A stretch of 64,000 nt of DNA, taken from IMG/VR virus record IMGVR_UViG_3300023179_000020. One strand, 5' to 3'. Under the pieces are notes generated by a model. The model did not search any database. It was not told where the DNA came from and worked only from the letters and a program-made list of their open reading frames with translations. Origin of the DNA: a virus. Below are positions 11,171 to 20,854 of the stretch, in pieces (position 1 is the first letter of the stretch; each line of letters begins with the position of its first letter). A program made the position numbers and the translations under genes.

Positions 11171-12115
11171 ATGAGCGCCTTCAAATCTCTCACATCACAG
11201 GATGTTATTATAACACCCTTTGTAGTTAACAAAAGTTTTACTTTTGAAGGAAGTGCTTCTTTTGTTAATTCTAATGTTTTTATAGAAAGACTTTTAGGCA
11301 AAAACATTACTGGTTCTTTTAATGTTTTAACTGAACCAACTACTGGCACTACAGGATCAAATGGGTATTCATCTTCTTATTACCAAAGAAACATATACAA
11401 TAGTATTAAACAACTATACTATTCAAATGAATTGCCTAATCCTGAAGGAACATATATTGTAACAGATTATAATAATAACATAGTTGAAAGTAATTTAACA
11501 ACTAATGTTCATAGTAGATTTGATAATTATCTTCAAACTACACTATCACAATCAAGATTTTTTCCTACTGCTTCTAACACAGAAATATATGTGTTATCTA
11601 TTCCTTCTCAATTATTTGGTGATTACATAAACCCAAATTCATTTAGTTTAACAGTAAAAAATCCTGCTTCTCCGTCTACAACAGTTACATATTATGATGA
11701 TGGAGAAGGATCTATATACAAATCAGGTTCATCTGATTTTAGAGGAGTTATTACATACCAACATGGTTTAATAGCATTTACTCAACCTGGAGCAGATAGT
11801 GCTATGAGTTACTTTTTTGGTTCCCAAGTGAGTTGTAGTTTTCAAAGTGCAAGAACCATTTACGAAACCCAAGTTAAATGTACTATTAGAGAAAATGAAT
11901 TTAATTATTCACTAAATGCGAGCCTAATTTCAGGTAGTACACAAGACGGATACGTATATAATTTTGTTACAGGTTCTTCAGGTTTTTCTCCATATGTAAC
12001 AACAGTAGGTTTGTATAATGAAGCACAAGAGTTATTAGCAGTAGCAAAACTTGCTCAACCTCTTCCTACTAGTAGAACAACAGACATGTCAATTTTAGTA
12101 AACATCGATAGATAA
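11171..12115 (+). CDS. Structural protein, paralog of 10118..11167
   Basis: C-terminus EFNYSLN...YVTTVGLYNEAQELLAVAKLAQPL. Confidence 0.6.
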   Translation: MSAFKSLTSQDVIITPFVVNKSFTFEGSASFVNSNVFIERLLGKNITGSFNVLTEPTTGTTGSNGYSSSYYQRNIYNSIKQLYYSNELPNPEGTYIVTDYNNNIVESNLTTNVHSRFDNYLQTTLSQSRFFPTASNTEIYVLSIPSQLFGDYINPNSFSLTVKNPASPSTTVTYYDDGEGSIYKSGSSDFRGVITYQHGLIAFTQPGADSAMSYFFGSQVSCSFQSARTIYETQVKCTIRENEFNYSLNASLISGSTQDGYVYNFVTGSSGFSPYVTTVGLYNEAQELLAVAKLAQPLPTSRTTDMSILVNIDR

Positions 12116-12119
12116 AAAT

Positions 12120-12560
12120 ATGAGTAATTGGTTGTATCAAAACAAAGTTATAGATAAAATAGAAGATTTTCCTGAAGGGTGTTTTGGTTTTGTTTACAAA
12201 ATTACTAACCTCCAGACTAACCAATTTTACATTGGTAAAAAGTTTTTAACCCATAAAAAAACTAAAAAATTAGGAAAAAAAGCATTATTAACACAAACAG
12301 GCCCTGGTCGTAAAAAAACAAAAGAAATTACATTTTCTGAAAGTGACTGGAAAACATATTGGGGTAGTTGTAAACCTTTATTAGAAGATGTTAAAACTTT
12401 AGGTGAATATTTATTTTATAAAGAAATACTTGAATTTGCCTTTACATCAAAACACTTATCTTATTTAGAGGCTAAACACCAATTTGTTACTAATTGTCTA
12501 GAAATAAACAGCTATAACGATAACATACAAGCTCGTTATTATCGTAAAGATTTGCCCTAA
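12120..12560 (+). CDS. GIY-YIG nuclease-family protein (Seg-like)
   Basis: GFVYKITN...FYIGKK, YWGS, and a downstream conserved E and N. Confidence 0.75.
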   Translation: MSNWLYQNKVIDKIEDFPEGCFGFVYKITNLQTNQFYIGKKFLTHKKTKKLGKKALLTQTGPGRKKTKEITFSESDWKTYWGSCKPLLEDVKTLGEYLFYKEILEFAFTSKHLSYLEAKHQFVTNCLEINSYNDNIQARYYRKDLP

Positions 12561-12667
12561 GTTTTATTATTATATTTATAATAAAATTAAATAAAAATAT
12601 TTAAAGTTAAACTTGAGAAACTAAGTTTTCTTTGTTATATTATGATTATGTTCAATATTTATAATTA

Positions 12668-13273
12668 ATGGATAAAAAAACTAATATATATTACTTACAT
12701 AATGGTGACAATGTTCCTTTTTATATAGGAAAAACAGTTCAAAAACCATCAAAACGATTAAATAATCATAAAAAAGTTTTTGGAAATAATACATTATTAG
12801 AAGTTATAAATATAGTTGAAAATAATAATTGGTTATTTTGGGAAAAACATTATATTTCTTTATTTAAATTTTGGGGTTTTAATCTAAAAAATAAAAATGA
12901 AGGTGGAGGAGGATGTATAACTCATGAAGTATCAAAATCTGCTAGAGAAAAAATAAGTAAAACTCATAAAAATCTTAAAAAACCATTTACTGAGTCTCAT
13001 AAAATAAACCATAAAAATTCTTATAAGAACAGAAATGTAACTTGGGGAGATAAAATATCAGAAAGATTAAAAGGCAGAAAAATAACATGGGAACAAGGAA
13101 ATGTAGGAAAACCATCTTCACCAATTAACCAGTATGATTTAGAAGGAAATTTTATTAAAAAATGGGATAATATAAAAGATCCTTCTTTAATTTATAAATG
13201 TTATATAAGTGGTTGTCTTAAAGGAAGGCAAAAAACAGCTGGAGGTTATATTTGGGAATATGCAAATAAATGA
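12668..13273 (+). CDS. Freestanding GIY-YIG homing endonuclease with NUMOD-type DNA-binding repeats
   Basis: NIYYL...FYIGKT...RL..H, EKHYI, N.N.GG; C-terminal INQYDLEGNFIKKW...KTAGGYIW (NUMOD1/IENR1-like). Confidence 0.8.
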   Translation: MDKKTNIYYLHNGDNVPFYIGKTVQKPSKRLNNHKKVFGNNTLLEVINIVENNNWLFWEKHYISLFKFWGFNLKNKNEGGGGCITHEVSKSAREKISKTHKNLKKPFTESHKINHKNSYKNRNVTWGDKISERLKGRKITWEQGNVGKPSSPINQYDLEGNFIKKWDNIKDPSLIYKCYISGCLKGRQKTAGGYIWEYANK

Positions 13274-14195
13274 ATCATTAGTAGCGCTAGTTAATTCAGT
13301 TTTAGGAACAGGTAAATCTGCTGCTAGGGGAAATAAATCATATACCTGTCCAAAATGTAATCATCATAAACCTAAATTAGAAATTAATTTTGATATTACA
13401 TCTTCCCATTATCAAAAATTTGCTTGTTGGGTTTGTGGTTTTAAGGGTAAAAAAATCATTCAGCTATTTAAACAAACCCAAGCATCTCCAGAGGTACTTT
13501 TAAAGTTAAAATCTATTGTTAAAACAGAAATCTCCGATAGAGAATATGCTGTTACAGAAACAGTTACTTTACCTAAAGAATTCATTTCATTATCTGCTAT
13601 TACTCCAAATAATCTTATTGGAAGACGCGCTTTAGCTTACCTAAAACGCCGTGGTATTACTAAACAAGACATTTTAAAATACCAAATCGGATACTGTGAA
13701 GATGGACCATACTCTAATATGATTGTTATACCTTCATATGATGAAAAAGGAGTATTAAACTATTTTACTTCTAGAGGATTTGAAGAATTTTCTAGATCAA
13801 AGTATAAAAACCCAAACGTATCCCGAAACATTGTTCCATTTGAATTTTTTATAAACTGGAATGTTCCTATCATTTTATGTGAAGGCCCATTTGATATGAT
13901 GGCTATTAAACGTAATGTAATACCATTACTAGGCAAAAACATCCAGGACAAGCTAAAGAAAAAACTCGTTACTTCACAAGTACAAAAAATATATATAGCA
14001 TTGGATAAAGACGCAATTAAACAAGCTTTATCTTTTTGCGAAGAATTATTAAATGAGGGTAAAGAGGTTTATTTAGTAGAATTACAAGACAAAGACCCAA
14101 GTGAAATGGGATTTGAAAATTTTACTAAACTAATTCAAACCACTCAACCCCTAACATTCTCAAACCTATTTGAGAAAAAATTAACCTTAGTATGA
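13260..14195 (+). CDS. DNA primase (zinc finger + TOPRIM)
   Basis: CPKC-HH...CWVC zinc finger, YLKRRGI, LCEGPFD, IALDKDA, KDPSE. Start reassigned to ATG 13260 (in frame with the 13209 ORF). Confidence 0.85.
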   Translation: MQINESLVALVNSVLGTGKSAARGNKSYTCPKCNHHKPKLEINFDITSSHYQKFACWVCGFKGKKIIQLFKQTQASPEVLLKLKSIVKTEISDREYAVTETVTLPKEFISLSAITPNNLIGRRALAYLKRRGITKQDILKYQIGYCEDGPYSNMIVIPSYDEKGVLNYFTSRGFEEFSRSKYKNPNVSRNIVPFEFFINWNVPIILCEGPFDMMAIKRNVIPLLGKNIQDKLKKKLVTSQVQKIYIALDKDAIKQALSFCEELLNEGKEVYLVELQDKDPSEMGFENFTKLIQTTQPLTFSNLFEKKLTLV

Positions 14196-14962
14196 GTACA
14201 ATTAAACATTCCTATGATCGAATTTTAGAAATATCTGACGACCATAAACAAATCACATTACCAGATTCTCGTTTTTATAGGAGAAATGGTAATTATTATC
14301 CATCTGTTACTTACATTTTAAGTTATTACCCTAAAGGTAAGTTTTTTGAAGATTGGCTTAAAAAAGTAGGATATGCTTCAGAATACATTGTTAAAAAAGC
14401 AGCTGAAGAAGGAACACAAGTTCATGAAATGATTGAAGAGTATTTAAATGGTGAAGAATTACAGTTCTTAAACAAATTTGGAACACCACAATATAATCCT
14501 GATGTGTGGCAAATGTTTTTACGTTTTGTAGAATTTTGGGAAACCCATAAACCTAAACTTATAGAAACTGAAGTACACCTATTTTCAGATGAATTAAAAG
14601 TAGCTGGTACTTGTGACATGGTTTGTGAGATAAATGATGAATTATGGATTATAGACTTTAAAACATCCAACCAAATCCAAACTACATATGAGTTACAAAC
14701 AGCTGTTTATTCACAGTGTTATAAAGAGTGTTATGGAAAAGATGCTCAACGCAACGGGATACTGTGGTTAAAATCATCTAAGCGTGGTTCTAAAAAAGAT
14801 AAAATGCAAGGTAAAGGATGGGAAATAGTTGAACCGGAACGTACATTTGAGGAAAATATTGAAATATTTAAAACTATACGTAAGTTGTTTGATTTAGAAA
14901 ATCCAACATCTTCTCCTTCATTTGAGTCGTTTCGAACAACTGCAAAACGGGAAGACATTTAA
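14192..14962 (+). CDS. PD-(D/E)XK exonuclease (RecB/Cas4-like phage exonuclease)
   Basis: YPSVT.IL, GT.VH..IE, AGTCD, IIDFKTS, Q..VY motifs. Confidence 0.85.
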   Translation: MSTIKHSYDRILEISDDHKQITLPDSRFYRRNGNYYPSVTYILSYYPKGKFFEDWLKKVGYASEYIVKKAAEEGTQVHEMIEEYLNGEELQFLNKFGTPQYNPDVWQMFLRFVEFWETHKPKLIETEVHLFSDELKVAGTCDMVCEINDELWIIDFKTSNQIQTTYELQTAVYSQCYKECYGKDAQRNGILWLKSSKRGSKKDKMQGKGWEIVEPERTFEENIEIFKTIRKLFDLENPTSSPSFESFRTTAKREDI

Positions 14963-15015
14963 TATTTATAATAAGAAATTTGGCTTAGTCAAGTTTTGTT
15001 ATTATATTTATTAGA

Positions 15016-15813
15016 ATGATTAAACTAACTGATTTATTAAGAGAAGTTATAAATAACCCAAAAGCTATAATCATGGCTGGCGGTGCATCAGTTGGTAAAT
15101 CAACAGTACTAAAATCGTTACAACCCGTATTAAAAGGATTTGTAGACTTAAATGCTGACAAATATGTTGAAGATAAAGATTCTCCAATGTATGGTAATTT
15201 ATCTGCTGCCTCTGTTCAAATAAAAAAAACGGATTTACCTAACACTATTGACAACCAACAAAATCTTATTTACGACACTACAGCTTCTAATTTATCAACC
15301 CTTCAACCTACATTAGACATGTTAAATGATAAAGGGTATGAAATAATGATGATAATGGTTTATGCTCACCCCATAGTATCATTTTTAAGAAACTATAAAC
15401 GTGAACGTAAAGTACCAGCAGTTGGTGTTTTAGGAACATGGGTTAATGTTTATAATTTATTAGAAGAATATAAAAATATATTTGGTGATAATTTTGTATT
15501 AGTACATACACCTGCTAGTTCCGAAGAACAAACAGAAATAGATAATTTTGAATCTGCTTATCAACAGGGTACTTTAAAAGAATACTTCTCAGATCTATTA
15601 TCTTCAGGTCAATTTCAATCAACCTTTAGAAAAAGTGATGTTGGTTTATCACCTGAAGAATTAGAAAAACGAGAAAAAGACAGAGCCAAAACTAAAATTG
15701 TTTTAGAAAAAAACATAGATAAAATAGCTGATACATACGAGACTATTCAATCAAATCTAACCCCAGTTGATATGAAAGAATTGCCTAACATTGTTAAAAA
15801 TTTTGTTAGATGA
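15016..15813 (+). CDS. P-loop kinase (zeta-toxin/AAA_33-like) with MIKLTDLLRE leader
   Basis: Walker A MAGGASVGKST, LNADKY, IYDTT, R...RERKVP lid motif. Confidence 0.7.
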   Translation: MIKLTDLLREVINNPKAIIMAGGASVGKSTVLKSLQPVLKGFVDLNADKYVEDKDSPMYGNLSAASVQIKKTDLPNTIDNQQNLIYDTTASNLSTLQPTLDMLNDKGYEIMMIMVYAHPIVSFLRNYKRERKVPAVGVLGTWVNVYNLLEEYKNIFGDNFVLVHTPASSEEQTEIDNFESAYQQGTLKEYFSDLLSSGQFQSTFRKSDVGLSPEELEKREKDRAKTKIVLEKNIDKIADTYETIQSNLTPVDMKELPNIVKNFVR

Positions 15814-17618
15814 AATCATTAGTAAAATCACTTATAACACCGTTTTTAGCAGAAGTTGATATTCCTGTTCCAACTAAAACAATAGGTGTATTTGGAGGTG
15901 GGTTTCAACCACCAACAAAAGGCCATTTTGAAGTTGTTAAAAAAGCATTAGAATACCCTAACATAAACGAATTTAACATTTATGTTGGTACAGGTGGAGG
16001 CAGATCAGAAACAATTACCCAAGAACAATCAGTGGCAATTTGGAATATATATAAAAATTATTTACCTAGTATAGTAAATATTATTCCAACAGATAATCCA
16101 ATTACTTCAATTTATTCTTTAGCTAAAAATGAACCTGACACTCAAATCAAATGGTTTTTAGGGTCACGTGAAGGTAAAGAAGAAGATTTTGCTGATTTTG
16201 AAAAACGTACCAAATCTGCTTTAGGCAAAACAAATATTGAACCCATCAACATTATAACTTCAGATGGTATTAGTGGTACTAAAGCTAGAGCAGTATTAGA
16301 CGATAAAGAAAAATTATTTGCCTATTTGCCTGACATTGAAGAAACAGATAAAGAACAAATATACTCTATTCTACACCCAGTAGAAGAAGGAGAAGAAATA
16401 ACAAATTTTCTTGAAGAAAAAATTCAAGGTGATAGTATAGTTTGTGATAATTGTGGTTGGACATGGAAAATAGAGGATGGCGGAAACGATTTATTTATTT
16501 GTCACAAATGTGGACATGATAATACTCCTAAAAAAGAAACAACTAATTTCTTTGAACCATTACAAAACCAAGACATAGACATTAAAATATCTTCAGAACC
16601 TACTAGAGTTGACTATTATAAAGACCATATTAAAAATGTAGTACCATCTGATTTTAAAGTTGAAAAACATAAAGATAAAATAGTAGTTTCTAACATTTCT
16701 AAACCAGGACTAGAACATAACCCTGAATTTAAAGATAAATTAGTATCATTAACATTGTCTATGATAGATAATGGTATAAACATTGAACCGTTACCCGATT
16801 TAGTTTTTATAGAAGATGATAAGAAAAATGCAAACAACATATTAGGACGTACTGCTCATTATGACCCTAATAATAAATGTATTACTTTATACACTTATGG
16901 TCGTCATCCTAAAGACATATTACGTTCATACGCTCATGAAATGATTCATCACATGCAAAATCTTGAGGGTAGAATTCATGGTATTGAAGGACAAAACATA
17001 AATGAAGATGAATATCTAAAAGAATTAGAATTAGAAGCATATAGTAAAGGCAATATGTGTTTTAGAGGATGGGAAAATTCACTTAAAGAAAATATTAATG
17101 AATGGATTATTGATATTCCAAAATTTAATCAACCTAAAACATTTATAGATAATTTACGTGAATCTTTAAATGAAATTGTTTTGTCTAAAGAAAATGCAGT
17201 TGATATAGAGGGAAGTTTAACCGATGGACAATTTGTAGTAGGAGACCAAAAATATATTTATAAAATTAAAGAATTTCCAACACCTCCATATTACGACCCA
17301 GGTGTATTCTACAATATAGAATTTTATCCTGAAGGAAACATAAGTTCAGAACCGCAAGGAGGAAAAGAAAATTATGTAAAAATATTATCTACTATGTATA
17401 AAATAATAGTAGATTTTACTGAACAAGAAAAACCAAAATACATAGGTATTGCTTCTCTTGATAATGAAGGAAGCAAAAGTTACCATACAGTATATGCTAA
17501 TTTAACAGACAATAAATTTAACAGAATACCTGGATACTTTAGAAAAGATGTATCTTTAAAATTTGATGGGCCTAGGGGAAAAGGAAAAATGATAGTACTA
17601 AAAAGAAAAGATGATTAA
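15810..17618 (+). CDS. Multidomain protein: HIGH-type nucleotidyltransferase + Zn ribbon + HExxH metallopeptidase-like + C-terminal domain
   Basis: FGGGFQPPTKGH and ISGTKAR (cytidylyltransferase-like); CDNC...CHKC; SYAHEMIHH...E.EAY. Confidence 0.7.
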   Translation: MKSLVKSLITPFLAEVDIPVPTKTIGVFGGGFQPPTKGHFEVVKKALEYPNINEFNIYVGTGGGRSETITQEQSVAIWNIYKNYLPSIVNIIPTDNPITSIYSLAKNEPDTQIKWFLGSREGKEEDFADFEKRTKSALGKTNIEPINIITSDGISGTKARAVLDDKEKLFAYLPDIEETDKEQIYSILHPVEEGEEITNFLEEKIQGDSIVCDNCGWTWKIEDGGNDLFICHKCGHDNTPKKETTNFFEPLQNQDIDIKISSEPTRVDYYKDHIKNVVPSDFKVEKHKDKIVVSNISKPGLEHNPEFKDKLVSLTLSMIDNGINIEPLPDLVFIEDDKKNANNILGRTAHYDPNNKCITLYTYGRHPKDILRSYAHEMIHHMQNLEGRIHGIEGQNINEDEYLKELELEAYSKGNMCFRGWENSLKENINEWIIDIPKFNQPKTFIDNLRESLNEIVLSKENAVDIEGSLTDGQFVVGDQKYIYKIKEFPTPPYYDPGVFYNIEFYPEGNISSEPQGGKENYVKILSTMYKIIVDFTEQEKPKYIGIASLDNEGSKSYHTVYANLTDNKFNRIPGYFRKDVSLKFDGPRGKGKMIVLKRKDD

Positions 17619-18180
17619 ATTAACTGATTTATTAAAAGAAGTAGAAGATCAAAAATATACTATCTATTGTGACATGGATGGAGTATTAGTAGACTTTGAT
17701 AAGGGTTATAAGGATTTAACAGGAATGTCTACTAAAAAAGCTAATACGTATCCTAAAATGTTTTTTTGGAGATTTTTTAGAAAGAAATTAAAAGAAAAAA
17801 AAATGGATGAAAAAGATTTTTGGGCTAATTTAGAATCTTATCCTGGAAAAGAAGAATTATGGTCCTATATATCACCATACAAACCAAATATACTTTCATC
17901 CCCATCAATAGACTTTAAACTCCCTCCAAATCAACAACTTGACCCAGAGTATAATGAAGCTATTCAGGGTAAAAAAGCATGGATTTCAAATAATTTAAAT
18001 AATGTAAATAAAGAAATTTTTGTTCCTGCCTCTCAAAAACAACAATTTTCTGGCGAAAATAAAATACTTATAGACGATAGAGAAGACAATATAGAACAAT
18101 GGAAAAGTAAGGGAGGAATAGGTATCCTTCACACTTCTGCTTCTGACACAATTAAACAATTAAAAGAATTAAAATTATGA
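17611..18180 (+). CDS. HAD-family 5'(3')-deoxyribonucleotidase-like phosphatase with MIKLTDLLKE leader
   Basis: IYCDMDGVLVDF (motif I), ILSS, K, ILIDD...N..W...GG.GI. Confidence 0.8.
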   Translation: MIKLTDLLKEVEDQKYTIYCDMDGVLVDFDKGYKDLTGMSTKKANTYPKMFFWRFFRKKLKEKKMDEKDFWANLESYPGKEELWSYISPYKPNILSSPSIDFKLPPNQQLDPEYNEAIQGKKAWISNNLNNVNKEIFVPASQKQQFSGENKILIDDREDNIEQWKSKGGIGILHTSASDTIKQLKELKL

Positions 18181-18518
18181 AAAAATCACAATTACAACAG
18201 ATTATTAAAGAAGAAATTCAAAAAGTATTAAATGAAAACAAAGCTAATGATTTAAAAAATTTTATTAAAACAAATAAAGAAGAAGTAATAAACCAATTAA
18301 ATCAAAGAGAAAAAAAGAACAAAGACGCTAAAACCATTGATTTTAACATAATATATACTAAAGGAGACAAGGTTTATGCGGAGAGAGATTATCTTCCTAT
18401 TGGAGAAACAAATAAAGAAAATACAAGTCTAGATGAAATATCATTTAGTAAAACTACAGGTAAATACGAAATAACAGTATATGGACAAATATTGAAATAT
18501 TCAATATATAATATATAA
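18177..18518 (+). CDS. Hypothetical protein with MKKSQLQQIIKEEIQKVLNE leader
   Basis: Leader nearly identical to the internal segment at 36806. Confidence 0.65.
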   Translation: MKKSQLQQIIKEEIQKVLNENKANDLKNFIKTNKEEVINQLNQREKKNKDAKTIDFNIIYTKGDKVYAERDYLPIGETNKENTSLDEISFSKTTGKYEITVYGQILKYSIYNI

Positions 18519-18549
18519 ATACTAATACAAGATTAGAAAAATTAGGATT

Positions 18550-19008
18550 ATGAATAAATATAGTTTAGTAAAATTAATGGAGAATGAAGAAGATGGAACA
18601 TCTAAAAGATTAATTCTTAAAAAAAATTTATTATTAATACCTAAAACAAAAACAGCAGAAGAATTTTTAAAAATTATTAATGATCCTAAAAATACAAAAG
18701 GAGTATTTGTAAAAATCAATACTGATTTATATAATGGGTATTTTGGTCCTCCTGGTCCTCCAAATGTAAAACAAAAATTAGAAAGAGAAAGAGGAGAACC
18801 ATTTCCTCCTAAAACCTCAGATAATATAGAAAAATTCAAAACTGGTTCAAAAGATTTAGGAGCCCAAATACAAGGAAAAAATATTATTTTTACTACTAAT
18901 GAATTTACTACTATTAATTCTATTAAAGGAGATTTAGAAAAAATACTTAAAAATGCTAATTTAGAAAAAGGAACAGATTATACTTTATTAGAAAAAGAAG
19001 CCATATAA
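18550..19008 (+). CDS. Hypothetical protein
   Basis: 152-aa ORF in the co-directional gene run. Confidence 0.55.
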   Translation: MNKYSLVKLMENEEDGTSKRLILKKNLLLIPKTKTAEEFLKIINDPKNTKGVFVKINTDLYNGYFGPPGPPNVKQKLERERGEPFPPKTSDNIEKFKTGSKDLGAQIQGKNIIFTTNEFTTINSIKGDLEKILKNANLEKGTDYTLLEKEAI

Positions 19009-19009
19009 T

Positions 19010-19579
19010 ATGCCAGAAAATGTTCTAAAAAAAGAGTTCCAACAAAAGGACGTACAACGCCTCCGTAACCTAATGACAGGTAAATATGGTGAAAAAACCA
19101 TTGTTGGAACAGGTTATACTAAACAACAAGAATTTCATGAAGAAGGTGAAATTTGGGAAGAAGATGGAAGACAATGGACCATCAAAAATGGTATCAAACA
19201 AAACATTACTAAACTGGATAAAGCAAAAGAATCAATCCATTTACCAATGTTTTGTCCTTGTTGTAGTAATTTAATGAAACCCCACCTTGATAAACGTTTT
19301 TATTTACAATATAAAAGGTGTTTTAATTGTCAGGTTGATTTTGAAACCGAATTAAAAATTAAAGGTTTATGGAACGATTATGAAAAACATATCATCAATT
19401 CAGACATTGATGGTATAACACAAGAATTTAATATATGGATGGACGAAGAAATAAACGAGTCTAATACATCATACATTACAGAAGCTGGAGACGTAGAACG
19501 TTGGGTAGGTTCTTCAAAACAAAAACTGTTAGAAAGTAAAGAAGAAACAATTAAATACTTACAAAGTTTAAAAAAATAA
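19010..19579 (+). CDS. Zinc-finger-containing hypothetical protein
   Basis: CPCC...CFNC. Confidence 0.6.
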   Translation: MPENVLKKEFQQKDVQRLRNLMTGKYGEKTIVGTGYTKQQEFHEEGEIWEEDGRQWTIKNGIKQNITKLDKAKESIHLPMFCPCCSNLMKPHLDKRFYLQYKRCFNCQVDFETELKIKGLWNDYEKHIINSDIDGITQEFNIWMDEEINESNTSYITEAGDVERWVGSSKQKLLESKEETIKYLQSLKK

Positions 19580-19601
19580 ACCATATTTATTATAAAAATA
19601 T

Positions 19602-19964
19602 ATGGAATTTTCTAAGTTTATATCTTACCTATTTCATTCAAGAACCCAAACCCACATATTTCATTTACAAACACCTTCATTCGCCGAGCATATTGCTTTA
19701 CAAGCATACTATGAAGGAATTGTTCCTTTAATTGATGGTTTAGTAGAATCATATCAGGGTAAAAACGGTATAATTAATGATTATACCAATTTTAATTTAC
19801 AACAATACCAAGGTAAAGACCAAGTAATAGCATACTTGGATATGTTGTGTAAAGCAGCATACCAAGTGAGAGAAACAATTGAAGATAGTTACTTGCAGAA
19901 CCAAATTGATACTATAACTGAATTAATTAAATCAACTATTTACAAACTAACATACTTACAATAA
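19602..19964 (+). CDS. Ferritin/Dps-like four-helix-bundle protein (DUF5856-like)
   Basis: H.FHLQT.SFAEH.AL..YY.....LID.LVE.YQG metal-ligand pattern. Confidence 0.7.
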   Translation: MEFSKFISYLFHSRTQTHIFHLQTPSFAEHIALQAYYEGIVPLIDGLVESYQGKNGIINDYTNFNLQQYQGKDQVIAYLDMLCKAAYQVRETIEDSYLQNQIDTITELIKSTIYKLTYLQ

Positions 19965-19965
19965 C

Positions 19966-20214
19966 ATGGCATACAAATACAAATTAGTAAAAGAATTAGG
20001 GCCTCAAGACTTTGAAAAAGAAGAAGGTTATTATAAGGATCCTAAAACCGGAGAAATCAAACAAGGTTCTTTACAAACATCTTTAAATGCAAGAATGAAA
20101 TCTATGTTTGGTGAACCTAACCCTAATAAAGTTAAAAACACTTTTAAATCACCTGAAGAACAAGGTAAAGAAAAATTAACCCAAGAAGTTTTACGTAGAC
20201 TTAAAAACCGTTAA
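19966..20214 (+). CDS. Hypothetical protein
   Basis: 82-aa ORF, coupled to the upstream gene. Confidence 0.55.
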   Translation: MAYKYKLVKELGPQDFEKEEGYYKDPKTGEIKQGSLQTSLNARMKSMFGEPNPNKVKNTFKSPEEQGKEKLTQEVLRRLKNR

Positions 20215-20236
20215 TATTTATCACAAATCATTAATA

Positions 20237-20596
20237 ATGGAAAACAAATTACGTATCCTAATAAATCAACTTGTTAAAGAAGAGTTATCGATTTTTGAAA
20301 AAAAACTTAAAAAAGACGAAGAACCTCCTGTTGACGACGTTGAATTAGACCTTAGTGCTTCTGAAGAAACACCTGCTGAAGCTCCTTCTACCGATATGCC
20401 TTCAGTTGAGCCAAGCATGGACATGGGAGGTGGAGAATCAGTTGAAAAACGTATTGGGCAACACTTACAACAAGCATTAGACGCTGCTCGTGAAATGCCT
20501 GAAAGTGAAAATAAAAATAAATTGATAAGACAAATTGGAAACACAGCTTTATTCTTCCTGAAAACCCAAATTCCGGTTGATGGAGGACAAGCTTAA
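20237..20596 (+). CDS. Hypothetical protein with helical leader and acidic Pro-rich linker
   Basis: MENKLRILINQLVKEE leader; TATTTATC motif upstream. Confidence 0.6.
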   Translation: MENKLRILINQLVKEELSIFEKKLKKDEEPPVDDVELDLSASEETPAEAPSTDMPSVEPSMDMGGGESVEKRIGQHLQQALDAAREMPESENKNKLIRQIGNTALFFLKTQIPVDGGQA

Positions 20597-20619
20597 TATT
20601 AACTAAATAAATTAAATCT

Positions 20620-20793
20620 ATGAACAGTCAAGAGTTATTTGAACAAATGCAAGGTTTATGGGAAGAGTTTACAACTGAACATGCCAAAGCTTCTAAAGCA
20701 GCTCATAATAGAGCTCGCAAAGCAGCTGGCAATTTAAAAAAGTTGGTAACTGAGTACCGTAAAGCATCGGTTGCTGAAGACAAAGCAAAGTAA
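20620..20793 (+). CDS. Small Hc1-like (histone H1-like) protein, 57 aa, not in the supplied ORF track
   Basis: Hand translation MNSQELFEQMQGLWEEFTTEHAKASKAAHNRARKAAGNLKKLVTEYRKASVAEDKAK; KAA..RARK....L.KL..EYRK.S matches the Hc1 pattern; followed by a hairpin. Confidence 0.7.
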   Translation: MNSQELFEQMQGLWEEFTTEHAKASKAAHNRARKAAGNLKKLVTEYRKASVAEDKAK

Positions 20794-20804
20794 CCAAAAA
20801 CAAC

Positions 20805-20841
20805 AATAAGTTATAAGGGGGTAAAACCCCTTATTCTTATT
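20805..20841 (+). terminator. Stem-loop / probable intrinsic terminator
   Basis: ATAAGGGG(20813-20820)/CCCCTTAT(20827-20834), extended by AATAAG/CTTATT. Confidence 0.55.
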
Positions 20842-20854
20842 AAAAACACTTAAT

